A stretch of DNA of 64,000 nucleotides from Gemmatimonadota bacterium (GCA_034521595.1 JAXHMG010000003.1:1152001-1216000), one strand, 5' to 3'; counted from the first letter of the stretch, positions 52,542-62,827 are shown. Notes: generated by a model not told the origin, from the sequence alone. Numbers and translations are program-made.

Positions 52542-54755
52542 ATGCCCGACCAACGATCGTTCGCTCCACTCGCTCTCGCCGCGCTCGCGCTTCTGTCCGT
52601 TGTTGCCCCGACATCCGCCCAGCAGCAGACGGGACTCGTGGTTCCGGTGGGCGAGGCCCCCGTCGTCGACGGGATGCCCGATGAGCCCATATGGCAAGAC
52701 GCCCCACCGCTCACGGACTTCACCCAGCGGGTTCCGCGAGACGGCGATCCGGCGACCGAGCGAACGGAAGTCCGCATCCTCCAGGACGAGGACGCGCTCT
52801 ACGTGGGCGCATGGCTCTTCGACTCGGCGCCTCTGGAGATCACGGCGGGCGAGCGGGTCCGGGACTACAACCTCGAGCAGAGTGATGCCATCGTCCTCAT
52901 TCTCGACACCTTCCGTGACGAGCAGAACGCCTTCGTATTCGGGACGAACCCGGCCGGCATCGAATACGACGGCCAGGTCGCGAACTCCGGCCAGGGCGGC
53001 GGCGGGTTCGGGGGCGGAACACGACGTCAACAGAGCGGCTCCGGGGGTGGGTTCAACCTCAACTGGGATTCGAGCTGGGACGTCGCGACCTCCCGCGACG
53101 CCGACGGCTGGTACGCTGAGTTCCGCATCCCCTTCTCGACCCTCCGCTATGCCTCGGGTCCCGAGCAGGTCTGGGGCCTGAACATCGTTCGTCGTGTCCG
53201 TCGCCTGAACGAACAGTCGTTCTGGTCGCCCGTGCCTCGGGAGTTCGACCAGTACCGCTTGACCTCTGCCGGTGCGCTCGAGGGATTGGAGCCCCCCGTC
53301 CAACGCCTCGTCCAGGTCACACCATACGCCCTGCAGCGTGCAGATCGCGACTACCAGGCCGGTGCCGAATCTTTCGACCATGCGACCGAGGTCGGCGGGG
53401 ACGCCAAAGTCCAGGTAACACAGGGGCTCACCCTCGATCTGACCGTGAACACGGATTTCGCCCAGGTCGAAGTGGACGAGGTCCAGACCAATCTGAGCCG
53501 GTTCGACATTTCGTTCCCGGAGAAACGTCCGTTCTTCCTCGAGAACGCCGGACGATTCTCGGTGGGCTCGGGCGGTGCGGAGCTCTTCTTCAGCCGCAAC
53601 ATCGGCATCTCCGACCAAGGTCCGGTTCCGATCCTCGGTGGAGGGCGACTCTCCGGGCGCGCCGCCGGCCTCAACGTCGGACTCCTCCACATCGTCACGG
53701 ACGAGCTGGACGGCATCCAGCCGCAAAACCAATACTCCGTCATGCGTTTGGCGCGAGAGCTCCCGAACCGGTCCCGCATCGGTGGCGCGTTCATGCGGCG
53801 GGCTTCGGACGTGACGAACGACTGGAATCACACGTATGCGCTGGACGGTCAGGTCGGCTTGGGCGAATCCATCTCGCTCAGCTCGTTTCTGGCCCGGACC
53901 GAGACCCCGGGCCTGGACGGGCGGGACCACGCGTTCGATGCGCAGGGCGGGTACACGACGCGATCGTTTCGGGCCACGCTCAGCTACCGCGAGGTCGGTG
54001 AGGACTTCAATCCCGAGCTCGGCTTCCTCCCGCGGGACGGATACCGGTACGGCCAAGCATTCGCGATGACCTACATCCGCCCCGAGCAGTTCCTGGGAAT
54101 CCGGGAGATCCGACCGCACGCCTCGTACTTCGAGTACCGCAACATCGGCACCGACTTCGTCCAATCCGCCCGGCTCCACGTCGACACGCACTTCGAGTGG
54201 CAGGACGGGATGGAGCTCCATCCCGCCTTCAACTGGGTGAAGGAAGGCATTGAGGAGCCCTTCGAGATCTCTCCGGGTGTTGTGGTTCCCGAAGGCACGT
54301 ACGACGGTTGGGAAGCCGGGTGGGTCTTCTACACGGACGAGAGCTCGATCTTCTCGTTCAATGGCGGGGTCAACGCGGGTGCCTTCCTCTCCGGGAGCCG
54401 GATCAACCCCTATGCCACGGTCACGGTGCGCCCGAGCTCGGCGTTCAGCAGCTCGATCCGGCTCGACCGCAACGATGTCGACCTCGATCAGGGGTCGTTC
54501 GAAACCAACGTGCTCGGCCTACGCCTTTCGTACTTCATCACCCCCGAGCTCAGCATCCAGTCGCTCACACAATACACGGATCGGGCGGACGTGTGGTCGA
54601 CCAATGTGCGCCTGGGATGGCTGGACGACGCCGGATCCGGCCTGTTCGTGGTGTTCAACCAGGCGAACGGGTTCGACACGCTCGCCCGTGACACGCCCCT
54701 GCGCCGCTCGTTCGTCGTCAAGTACAGCAAGCTGTTCAACGTGGCGCAGTGGTAG
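52542..54755 (+). CDS. Outer-membrane protein with N-terminal CBM9-like domain and DUF5916-like beta-barrel
   Basis: Signal peptide, DG..DE..W, W.AEFRIPFSTLRY, NTDFAQVEVD, FPEKRPFFLE, FFSR.IG. Confidence 0.8.
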   Translation: MPDQRSFAPLALAALALLSVVAPTSAQQQTGLVVPVGEAPVVDGMPDEPIWQDAPPLTDFTQRVPRDGDPATERTEVRILQDEDALYVGAWLFDSAPLEITAGERVRDYNLEQSDAIVLILDTFRDEQNAFVFGTNPAGIEYDGQVANSGQGGGGFGGGTRRQQSGSGGGFNLNWDSSWDVATSRDADGWYAEFRIPFSTLRYASGPEQVWGLNIVRRVRRLNEQSFWSPVPREFDQYRLTSAGALEGLEPPVQRLVQVTPYALQRADRDYQAGAESFDHATEVGGDAKVQVTQGLTLDLTVNTDFAQVEVDEVQTNLSRFDISFPEKRPFFLENAGRFSVGSGGAELFFSRNIGISDQGPVPILGGGRLSGRAAGLNVGLLHIVTDELDGIQPQNQYSVMRLARELPNRSRIGGAFMRRASDVTNDWNHTYALDGQVGLGESISLSSFLARTETPGLDGRDHAFDAQGGYTTRSFRATLSYREVGEDFNPELGFLPRDGYRYGQAFAMTYIRPEQFLGIREIRPHASYFEYRNIGTDFVQSARLHVDTHFEWQDGMELHPAFNWVKEGIEEPFEISPGVVVPEGTYDGWEAGWVFYTDESSIFSFNGGVNAGAFLSGSRINPYATVTVRPSSAFSSSIRLDRNDVDLDQGSFETNVLGLRLSYFITPELSIQSLTQYTDRADVWSTNVRLGWLDDAGSGLFVVFNQANGFDTLARDTPLRRSFVVKYSKLFNVAQW

Positions 54756-54768
54756 CACAGCGTTGCGT

Positions 54769-55035
54769 CTATCGGACCGTGTATACGTCCCCGTTCTCAG
54801 CGATCTTCACGTCCTCGTAAGGCGCGGCAACGCGCCGGTAAAGCTCCAGCTTCGCGCACTCGAGAACGCCGATCGCTTCGTTGAGATGGGCATATCGGAG
54901 CCGCTCGTCCGTCCCCGCCACGGTCGTCAGATACGCGTCGACCAGCCGAGTCACGGCATAGTTGAGCTCACCGGCATTTCGAGGCGCTTCACCGCTGTTT
55001 AGACGATCGCGCGCTTCACGGCTCACATAGGGCAT
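54769..55035 (-). CDS. Small conserved hypothetical protein (MPY...GELNY...[23 protein letters not shown]; possibly DUF6899)
   Basis: Motif pattern recognised from memory; normal codon usage. Confidence 0.7.
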   Translation of the reverse strand: MPYVSREARDRLNSGEAPRNAGELNYAVTRLVDAYLTTVAGTDERLRYAHLNEAIGVLECAKLELYRRVAAPYEDVKIAENGDVYTVR

Positions 55036-55093
55036 GACAGGTCTCCAGATAGGTATGGAGGACGGACGGGTGCGCCGCTCCTCAGCGTCCGAA

Positions 55094-55285
55094 TCAGGAA
55101 TCCTTCGGAGGAAGCTTCGACCCCCGTCCCGTCAGATCGTCCACCGTAGCCTTGAGCTTGTCACGCGCTACCTTCCGGACGGCCTTGGCACCGAAGTAGG
55201 CCACCGTCAGGAACAGGTACGCGCTGAGGTTCATCGTCACCAGGGCGAGCAGCAACCCGACCAGCCACGCGATGAGCTTCAGCAA
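55094..55285 (-). CDS. Small hypothetical membrane protein
   Basis: 63 aa with hydrophobic N-terminal half and basic tail; AAGGGAG Shine-Dalgarno-like sequence upstream. Confidence 0.55.
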   Translation of the reverse strand: MLKLIAWLVGLLLALVTMNLSAYLFLTVAYFGAKAVRKVARDKLKATVDDLTGRGSKLPPKDS

Positions 55286-55317
55286 TGCCGTGCTCCCTTC
55301 GAAGATTCGCCTTCAAG

Positions 55318-55391
<74 letters not shown>

Positions 55392-55488
55392 GGTGGAGCC
55401 GTGCGCGAGAACACCACACGGTCCGGGAAGCAACCTAACGTCGAGCCTCGCCGGCCTCTAGGGACCGGGCCATATCGGGTCGCGCCCG

Positions 55489-55977
55489 CTACTCGGCATG
55501 CTCTTCCGCTCGGCGGCCGGCCAGGTATCCCACGCAATAGGCGCGGAGTGTCGCCTCGAAGCGAGTCATGTCGGGGGTGGCCTTGAGCCCGGCCTCTCCT
55601 CGATGCCGTAGTGCTTCGGCCAGCTTCGATACTGCGTTGCTGAGCTCGATCACATATGGATCGCCCCCCGAAGCCAGCTCCTCCGCTTGGAGGTGAGGGT
55701 CGTCTCCGATGCCCGTGACCGTGCCCTTCTCCACCGCCTGCCTCCGCGTCGGCAGGGGCTCGTCCGGTGAGATCAGATGAAAGCTCCCGTCCGAGGAGCG
55801 CCCCGGTCTCTCGGGCGAGCTCCACGCCTCATCGTTCGAGCTGTCGGGACCCGGCGCCCCTCGGCCATCGGCGGGTCGCGATCCGTCACGCTCGGGGGCG
55901 CCGGCGGCGTGTTGTCGTCGTTCTCCCGGAGGGAAGGCGGGCGGCGGTAGCCGGGTCGGGTTCCTGTCCTCGCTCAT
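55489..55977 (-). CDS. Hypothetical protein (disordered Pro-rich N-terminus, helical C-terminus)
   Basis: ORF fills the gap between yqaA-like gene and tRNA; GGAG upstream of ATG 55977. Confidence 0.65.
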   Translation of the reverse strand: MSEDRNPTRLPPPAFPPGERRQHAAGAPERDGSRPADGRGAPGPDSSNDEAWSSPERPGRSSDGSFHLISPDEPLPTRRQAVEKGTVTGIGDDPHLQAEELASGGDPYVIELSNAVSKLAEALRHRGEAGLKATPDMTRFEATLRAYCVGYLAGRRAEEHAE

Positions 55978-56122
55978 CGTTGATGGCTCCGTGGAAGGTC
56001 CGGGAGAACGACGGGTGCGCGCCGGGATAGCTGCAATATACGGGCCGGGCGTCGAGCTGGCCAAAGCGTTCCCGGACCCTCCGGTCCCCGGGGCGCACTG
56101 CCGTTCGCACCCGACCGCCGGG

Positions 56123-56728
56123 TCACAACACGAACTCGATCACCACGAAGCCGGCCACCAGCAGGATTCCGAAAGCCCAGGCCAAGGCGTCGAAGTACCG
56201 ATCGATGAAGCGTGCGATGGGCGGTCCGAACCTGTAGATGAGCGCGGCCAGCACGAAGAAGCGGAGCCCCCGGCTGAGCACCGATGCGATCACGAAGATC
56301 GGGAAGTTGACCGCGAAAACACCCGCCGAGAGCGTGAAAACCTTGTACGGAATGGGTGTCAGGCCCGCGAGAAAAATGGCCCAGAAGTCGTACTGGTCGT
56401 ACAGAGTTTGGACCTGCGCGAACGCTTCGGGCGTCACGCCGGGCACGTAGGCATGGAACCACCCTTCCGCGACGTGCCACAATCCCGCGCCCAACCCGTA
56501 GCCGATGATGCCCCCGACGACCGACGCGAGGGTCGCCGTCGCGGCGAACCGGAGCGATTTCCCCGCCGCGCCCATGCAGAGCGCGATGAGGAGCGGATCC
56601 GGCGGAATGGGAAAAAACGACGATTCCGCGAGGGCGAGCACGAAGAGCGCCGGCGGCCCGTACGGGGTCTCGGCCCAATGCAGGACCCAGTCGTAGAGGC
56701 GCCGCACCCAGTGCGGCCGGCCGGTCAC
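56123..56728 (-). CDS. YqaA/DedA (VTT domain) membrane protein
   Basis: RRLYDWV, AESSFFPIPPD, TPIPYKVFT; GTG overlaps pcm stop. Confidence 0.9.
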   Translation of the reverse strand: MTGRPHWVRRLYDWVLHWAETPYGPPALFVLALAESSFFPIPPDPLLIALCMGAAGKSLRFAATATLASVVGGIIGYGLGAGLWHVAEGWFHAYVPGVTPEAFAQVQTLYDQYDFWAIFLAGLTPIPYKVFTLSAGVFAVNFPIFVIASVLSRGLRFFVLAALIYRFGPPIARFIDRYFDALAWAFGILLVAGFVVIEFVL

Positions 56729-57402
56729 TCCCCTGCCTCGCTCTTCCAGGCGAAGCGGCCGAGCAACGGCACGAAGGTGCATTGCCCCCGCACGACTTCC
56801 TCGGTGACGCTTGAGCCATGCTTGCGCACCAGCACCAGCTCCTGCGATTCACGGGATCCCACGGGAATCAACATCCTTCCGCCTTCCGAGAGTTGGTCCA
56901 CGAGCGTCGACGGCACCGAAGGGGACGCGGCGGAGACGACGATCAGGTCGAACGGTTGGTATTTGCGCCAACCGATCGTTCCGTCGCCCACGAGAAGCGC
57001 GACGTTCTTGAGCTCGAGCTGGTCGAGCGCGCGGCGTGCGCGCCGGGAAAGGTCGCGTACCCGTTCCACCGAGTAGACCCGGTCCGCGGCACAGGCCAGA
57101 AGCGCGGTGAGGTAGCCGCTCCCCGTCCCGACCTCGAGCACCTTGTCATCCGAATCGGGCTCGAGCAACGAAAGGTAGTACGCCTGAAGCGACGGCTGCG
57201 AGGCCGTCTGGCCGAAGCCGATCGGAACGGGGACATCCTCGTACGCCCGTGGCCAGACCCCTTCCGGAAGGAAGAGGTGGCGTGGGACCCGATCGAAGAT
57301 CTCGAGAAGCTCGAGGTCGTCGATGCCCCGCTCCCGGATCTCTTCGATGAGCTTCCGCCGATATCCGACGAAACGGTTCTCGTCTAGAGGCTCATGTCCC
57401 AT
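56725..57402 (-). CDS. pcm: Protein-L-isoaspartate O-methyltransferase
   Basis: VPRHLF, AYED, GQTASQP, VLEVGTGSGY, FVPL; follows surE. Confidence 0.95.
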   Translation of the reverse strand: MGHEPLDENRFVGYRRKLIEEIRERGIDDLELLEIFDRVPRHLFLPEGVWPRAYEDVPVPIGFGQTASQPSLQAYYLSLLEPDSDDKVLEVGTGSGYLTALLACAADRVYSVERVRDLSRRARRALDQLELKNVALLVGDGTIGWRKYQPFDLIVVSAASPSVPSTLVDQLSEGGRMLIPVGSRESQELVLVRKHGSSVTEEVVRGQCTFVPLLGRFAWKSEAGE

Positions 57403-58139
57403 GACCGAACCTCCTCGAGCAATCGATAGTTGGTGAGATCGAGGTGAAGCGGCGTCACGGAAACGTAGCCGTCCTCGACTGCCTGGAAATCGGAATCTTC
57501 TGCGCCCCGCCACTGCGCCTCCCCCCCTCCGATCCAGAAATACTCCTTCCCCTGTGGGTCGAGTGCCCTCGTGATGCTCTCGGAATACCTCCGCCGACCG
57601 AGCGACGTGACGCGAATGCCCTTGACCTCGTCCGGTGCCACCGCCGGAAGGTTCACGTTGAAGAGCGTATCCTCGGGAAACGGCCGGTCCCTGAGGATGC
57701 CCTCGAGGATCGCCCCGACCACGCCCTCCCAGCCTTCGAGCTCCTCGTAGCGATCGCCGCAGTACGAGACCGCGACCGACGGAATGCCGATGACGGTGGC
57801 TTCCATGGCGGCCGCGACCGTCCCCGAATAGAGGACGTCCTCACCCATGTTCGGGCCGTGGTTCACGCCGGATACGCAGATACCCGGCCTGCCGTCGAGA
57901 AGCTCGTTCACCCCGAGAATCACGCAATCGGTGGGGGTGCCGTCCACGACCCACGCTCCGTCCGCGCTACGCCGGGCACGCAGGGGATGGTGGAGGGTGA
58001 GCGAGTGGCTCGTCGCGCTCTGCTCCCGGTCGGGGGCCACGACGGTCACGGAACCCAGCGAGCGGGCAGCGGAGGCGAGCACTCGGATACCCGTCGCCAG
58101 GTACCCGTCGTCGTTGGTACAGAGAATGTTCATGGGCAC
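57384..58139 (-). CDS. surE: 5'/3'-nucleotidase SurE
   Basis: ILCTNDDG, GTPTDC, SGVNHGPN, YSGTVAAA, SVTPL. Confidence 0.96.
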   Translation of the reverse strand: MPMNILCTNDDGYLATGIRVLASAARSLGSVTVVAPDREQSATSHSLTLHHPLRARRSADGAWVVDGTPTDCVILGVNELLDGRPGICVSGVNHGPNMGEDVLYSGTVAAAMEATVIGIPSVAVSYCGDRYEELEGWEGVVGAILEGILRDRPFPEDTLFNVNLPAVAPDEVKGIRVTSLGRRRYSESITRALDPQGKEYFWIGGGEAQWRGAEDSDFQAVEDGYVSVTPLHLDLTNYRLLEEVRSWDMSL

Positions 58140-58169
58140 GGGGTACCGGTCCGAAGAAAGGGGGTTCCT

Positions 58170-58544
58170 TCAGTCTCCGGCGCGCGAAGCGTCGGGCGTG
58201 AGAATATCGCGGAGGGCCTCGAGCTCCTCCTTCATGCGCGCGAGGAACTCCGGGCCCAGAACCTCCGTGCCCCCTTCCTCGAGCGCTCCCTCTCGACGCA
58301 ACTCCGTGAGGCGTTGCTTGGCCCCTTCGATGGTGTACTTCTCTTCGTACAGAAGGTGCTTCACCAGAAGCACGAGCTCGATATCCTTCGCCCGGTAGAC
58401 GCGGTTGCCCGCACGGTTCTTCGTCGGATTGAGGACGTCGAACTGAGATTCCCAGTAACGGAGCACGTGCGGCTTGAGGCCGCTCAGATCGCAGACCTCG
58501 CCGATCGAGTAGTAGACCTTGCGCGCGATGGGCTCATGGTTCAC
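58170..58544 (-). CDS. MerR family transcriptional regulator
   Basis: YYSIGEV, HVLRYWE..F, R.Y, LLYEEKYTIEGA. Confidence 0.9.
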   Translation of the reverse strand: MNHEPIARKVYYSIGEVCDLSGLKPHVLRYWESQFDVLNPTKNRAGNRVYRAKDIELVLLVKHLLYEEKYTIEGAKQRLTELRREGALEEGGTEVLGPEFLARMKEELEALRDILTPDASRAGD

Positions 58545-59557
58545 GACCAGTCCTCCGGCTTCGGATCTCTGTGCATGAGAGCGGAAAGGGCCGCCGCCGG
58601 GTCACGGCCGTCGTGGACGATCGCGTACACCTCCTCGGTGATAGGCATCTCCACACCATGGCGCCGGGCCAGAGCGAAGACCGCCTCCGACGTTCGCACG
58701 CCCTCGGCGACCGAGCTCATGTCCTGAAGGATGTCCTCCAGCCGCTCTCCCCGGCCCAAACGATACCCCACGGTACGGTTCCGGCTCAACGACCCCGTGC
58801 AAGTGAGCACCAGGTCGCCCATGCCCGCGAGCCCGGAGAAGGTTTCGCGCCGCGCGCCCATGGCGAGCCCGAGGCGAGTGATCTCCGCGAGCCCTCGAGT
58901 CATCAGGGCCGCGCTCGTATTGTGCCCGAACCCGAGACCGGCCGCGACCCCGGCCGCCAGCGCAATGACGTTCTTGACCGCGCCGCCGAGCTCCACACCG
59001 ACGACGTCGGTATTCGTGTAGACCCGGAAGTAGGGTGTCTGAAACGCGTGCTGCACCGTCACCGCGGCTTCCTCCGAGCGGCCAGCCACGACCACCGCTG
59101 TCGGCATCTCCCGAGCGACCTCCCCCGCGAAGCTCGGCCCCGAGAGCACGGTGAACCGGTCCATGAGGGGCGCCGGAAGGATTTCGGTCAACACCTCGTC
59201 CATGCGCCGGAGCGTGCCGAGCTCGATTCCCTTCGAAGCGCTGACGAGGGTGGCGTCCTCCGAGATGGCCGGTGCGGCTCGCGTCATGACGTCACGCACG
59301 AACTGGGACGGTGATACGGATACGACGAGGGCGGCACCGGCCACCGCGTGTTCGGGATCGGTCGAAACGTGGACGGTTTCCGGCACGACCACGTCCGGAA
59401 GGTACGGGGTGCGCCGCTCAGCCGTGATCCCCCGGGCCACGTCCGGATCGTGAGACCACAGGGTCACCACGTGGCCCTTACGCGCGAGTAACACACCCAG
59501 CGCGGTACCCCAGGAGCCGGCACCCATGACGGCGACGTTCACCGGTTCGACGCTCAC
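58541..59557 (-). CDS. gpsA: NAD(P)H-dependent glycerol-3-phosphate dehydrogenase
   Basis: GAGSWGTAL, SGPSFA, GGAVKNVIA, GMGDLVLTC, SRN. Confidence 0.96.
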   Translation of the reverse strand: MSVEPVNVAVMGAGSWGTALGVLLARKGHVVTLWSHDPDVARGITAERRTPYLPDVVVPETVHVSTDPEHAVAGAALVVSVSPSQFVRDVMTRAAPAISEDATLVSASKGIELGTLRRMDEVLTEILPAPLMDRFTVLSGPSFAGEVAREMPTAVVVAGRSEEAAVTVQHAFQTPYFRVYTNTDVVGVELGGAVKNVIALAAGVAAGLGFGHNTSAALMTRGLAEITRLGLAMGARRETFSGLAGMGDLVLTCTGSLSRNRTVGYRLGRGERLEDILQDMSSVAEGVRTSEAVFALARRHGVEMPITEEVYAIVHDGRDPAAALSALMHRDPKPEDWS

Positions 59558-60192
59558 TCCGAACTCCCCTCCGAAGCCGTTTCGTCCACCTCCCGATTCC
59601 TACCGCGCCCGATACGGTTTTCCTCGCCGCGCAGGAGTCGGACCACGTTGGCGCGATGAGCCCACACCACGAACGCCCCCAGGACCACCGCGAAGACCGT
59701 CAAAGCCCAGCCACCCCGATGCGGCGTCAGGGCGATCAGAACCGGCAGGGCGACCGCGGAGGCGATCGAGCCGAGCGACACGTACCCCGTCGACACGGTC
59801 AGGGCACACCAGATGACGAACGCTCCGAGGACGGCCCAGGGCGCAAGTCCCAGGAAGACCCCACCACTCGTCGCGACCCCCTTCCCTCCCTTGAAGCCGA
59901 CCCAGAAGCTGAAGACGTGTCCGAGTATGGCCGCGGCCCCGAACGCCAACGTCCATCCGAAGCTCGCCCCCGCAACGCCGGCGAGCACCCCCACCGGGAT
60001 CCAGCCCTTGGCCACGTCCAGGAGCACGACAGGGACGGCCGATCGCCAGCCCAACACCCGGTAGACGTTCGTGGCGCCGAGGTTGCCCGACCCTTCCAGA
60101 CGCAAGTCGATTCCGTGAAACAACTTGCCCACCCAGAAGCTGGTGGGGATCGCACCCACGACGTACGACAGGGCCAGGAAACCCGGGATCAC
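59554..60192 (-). CDS. plsY: Glycerol-3-phosphate acyltransferase PlsY
   Basis: GSGNLGATN, FKGGKGVAT, HRANV.RL..GEE. Confidence 0.96.
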   Translation of the reverse strand: MIPGFLALSYVVGAIPTSFWVGKLFHGIDLRLEGSGNLGATNVYRVLGWRSAVPVVLLDVAKGWIPVGVLAGVAGASFGWTLAFGAAAILGHVFSFWVGFKGGKGVATSGGVFLGLAPWAVLGAFVIWCALTVSTGYVSLGSIASAVALPVLIALTPHRGGWALTVFAVVLGAFVVWAHRANVVRLLRGEENRIGRGRNREVDETASEGSSE

Positions 60193-61520
60193 GGAGCGTC
60201 CTTGCTGCTACGCATCTTCAGACGGATCGGGGAGCCCATGAACGTCCAGGCTTCCCTGAATCCGTTCTGCAGATAGCGCTGGTAGTGGGCCGGGACGGCC
60301 TTCGGGAAGTTCGCGAACAGAGCGAAGGTGGGAGGCGCCACGGAGACCTGGGTCCCGTACCGGAGCTTCACCCGATGTCCCCGATGATGCGGAGGCGGCT
60401 GGCGCCGCACCAGCTGCTGCAGCACTTCGTTGACCTCGTGGGTGGGCACTCGGGAGTACCGTTCGTCCTGCACCTGAAGGATCAGGTCGAGGCATTTTCG
60501 GACCCGTTGGCCGGTCAGAGCCGACACGAACACGGTGGGAGCCCAGTTGAGAAAAGGGACGCGTGCGCGCGCTCGTTGCATCCACGCCGTGGCCGTCATC
60601 GTGTCCTTGTCGACGAGATCCCACTTGTTCGCCAGGAGGATCACTCCTTTTCCGGCGTCCCAGGCCATTTGGACGATCCGGATGTCCTGGGCGTGCATCT
60701 CCTCCTCGCTCGCGTCGAGCAGAACCACGCAGACGTCGGAGTCGAGGACGACCCGTTCGGTCCTGAGCGCACTGTAATACTCGACGCTGTCGCTCACCCG
60801 GGATTGCCGGCGGAGTCCCGCCGTATCGACCAACACGAGCGAGCGGCCGTGGTACTGCAGGGGTGTGTCCACGGGATCCCGCGTGGTCCCCGCCCCTTCC
60901 GAGACCACGACGCGGTCCTGCGCGAGGAGTCGGTTCACGAAGCTCGACTTACCCACGTTGGGCTTGCCCACGACCGCGACGCGAATCTCTTCGGGCACGA
61001 GCGAGGCGTCCGGCGCGCCCGGCAGCGCCTCGAGGAGTCGGTCCAGCATGTCGCCCGATCCCCTTCCGGAGATGGCGCTTACGGGCAACGGATCACCCAT
61101 TCCCAGAGCCCAGAAATCCAAATAAGAGGGATCGTCCGGCAGGTTGTCCATCTTGTTGACGACGAGCAGAACCGGCTTGTCCGCCTTCCGCAACACGTCC
61201 GCCAGATGCTCGTCCAGAGCGTGCACCCCTTCCTTTCCGTCGACGAGGAACAGAATGGCGTCCGCTTCTTCAATGGCCGCGTGGGCCTGTCCGCGGATCG
61301 CACGATCCATCTGATCGTCGCTGCCTTCGATCACCCCGCCGGTGTCGACGACGAAGAAGTGGCGTCCCGCCCAATCAGCCCGGGCGAAGTTCCGGTCACG
61401 CGTCACCCCGGGCCGATCGTCCACGATCGCCTTGCGCCGGCCGAGAACCCGGTTGAAGAAGGTGGACTTGCCCACGTTCGGCCGCCCCACGACGGCCACG
61501 ACGGGTAGGCGAGCCGTCAC
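60189..61520 (-). CDS. der: Ribosome biogenesis GTPase Der (EngA)
   Basis: Tandem G domains GRPNVGKS and GKPNVGKS, GVTRD, GTTRD, DTAG. Confidence 0.97.
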   Translation of the reverse strand: MTARLPVVAVVGRPNVGKSTFFNRVLGRRKAIVDDRPGVTRDRNFARADWAGRHFFVVDTGGVIEGSDDQMDRAIRGQAHAAIEEADAILFLVDGKEGVHALDEHLADVLRKADKPVLLVVNKMDNLPDDPSYLDFWALGMGDPLPVSAISGRGSGDMLDRLLEALPGAPDASLVPEEIRVAVVGKPNVGKSSFVNRLLAQDRVVVSEGAGTTRDPVDTPLQYHGRSLVLVDTAGLRRQSRVSDSVEYYSALRTERVVLDSDVCVVLLDASEEEMHAQDIRIVQMAWDAGKGVILLANKWDLVDKDTMTATAWMQRARARVPFLNWAPTVFVSALTGQRVRKCLDLILQVQDERYSRVPTHEVNEVLQQLVRRQPPPHHRGHRVKLRYGTQVSVAPPTFALFANFPKAVPAHYQRYLQNGFREAWTFMGSPIRLKMRSSKDAP

Positions 61521-62788
61521 GCGCCCACCAGAGCGTCGACGAGATCGTGTCCGGTACGAACCTCCACGCCCTGAAGTCGGTCCATGAAGGACCCGAGCGA
61601 CAGATCGTCGATGAAACGCTCTTCGCCGTTCAAGGTTTCAGCCGGGAGAACGACGAGATCTTCCGCCCTCGCCTCCCCCAGAGCCGACAGGATATCCCGG
61701 CCACCGAGGAGTCCGGCGATGGTGACCGTCTCACCGAAATATTGGTTGACGACTTCCAGGATATCCACTTCGGCCCCCGTGACCTTTGCCAGGCGGGCGG
61801 CGCGCGCACGTAGGAAGGGGGCCATCGAGCGGCCCGTGACCAGACGAAGGCGGCGCCCCTCCAGGCGCGGCAACCGATCGGCCTTGCCGTCGAACTCGTC
61901 CACGAAGTGGCGGACCGCGCCGACGCCGTTCTCGTGCAGCGCTCCCTCACCGTAGTACGAACGGTCGGGGATGGTGGCTCCCGCGATGAGATACATCTCG
62001 TCGGCGGCGTAACACCAACCTTCGCCCCGCTCGCGGAGGGCCCGCTCGCGCGCACGGTCGACCTGCGCGATCGCCCTGCCGGCCTCGCGGGGGTCGAGAG
62101 GGCGCACCGGACGGTCGATGTTGTATTTCGTGAGCCCGACGGGAACGACCGACAGGGAGCGCACGGCCGGACCGAGCCCCCACAGGTCCTCGATGGTGCG
62201 GTCTAGATGCTCCCCGTCGTTCCACTCGGGGCAAAGAACCACCTGCGTGTGCACCTCGAGTCCGCCCTCGATGAGCTCGTTCAGGTGCTCCATGATCATG
62301 CCGGCCCGTTCGTTCACCACGAGCCGCCGACGCACCTCGGGCTCCGTGGCGTGCACGCTCACGTAGAGGGGCGAGAGCCGTTGATCCACCAGTCGCTGGA
62401 GTCCCTTCGGACCCAAGTTCGTCAGCGTGACATAACTCCCGTAGGTGAACGACAGGCGAAAGTCGTCGTCCCGCAGCCACAGCGTGTCGCGGGCGCCTTC
62501 CGGATTGCCGTCGATGAAGCAGAACACGCACTTGTTGGCGCATTCCCGGATCGTGTCCGGCGCCGGTTGAATGCCCACCGGTGTTCCGGGATCACGCTCG
62601 ATGTCGTACACGACCTCCTCGCCGTCGGGACTCACGGTCTCCAACTCGATGTCCGTGTCCGCGAGAAGAAAGGTGAGGTCGATGCCGTCGCGGACGCGCG
62701 CTCCGTTGATACGGACCACGCGCGTGCCGATCTCGAGATTCAACTCTTCGGCGATGCTACCGGTTTCGATCTCGGCGATGCGAACCAA
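61517..62788 (-). CDS. DUF512 family protein (PDZ-like N-terminus, radical-SAM-like CxxxCxxC)
   Basis: CANKCVFCFID, DDDFRLSF.YG.Y.TLTN, SPLYVSVHAT, VVPVGLT, ENGVG; TTG start. Confidence 0.88.
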   Translation of the reverse strand: MVRIAEIETGSIAEELNLEIGTRVVRINGARVRDGIDLTFLLADTDIELETVSPDGEEVVYDIERDPGTPVGIQPAPDTIRECANKCVFCFIDGNPEGARDTLWLRDDDFRLSFTYGSYVTLTNLGPKGLQRLVDQRLSPLYVSVHATEPEVRRRLVVNERAGMIMEHLNELIEGGLEVHTQVVLCPEWNDGEHLDRTIEDLWGLGPAVRSLSVVPVGLTKYNIDRPVRPLDPREAGRAIAQVDRARERALRERGEGWCYAADEMYLIAGATIPDRSYYGEGALHENGVGAVRHFVDEFDGKADRLPRLEGRRLRLVTGRSMAPFLRARAARLAKVTGAEVDILEVVNQYFGETVTIAGLLGGRDILSALGEARAEDLVVLPAETLNGEERFIDDLSLGSFMDRLQGVEVRTGHDLVDALVGA

Positions 62789-62827
62789 TTGGGCGCCTGG
62801 ATCTTCGGGGAAAAAAGATAGATGTTA

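Noticed and set aside
56049..56065. Minus-strand TTGGCCAGCTCGACGC with GG-N10-GC spacing
   Set aside because: Lacks the TTGC -12 element; better explained as a -35 box
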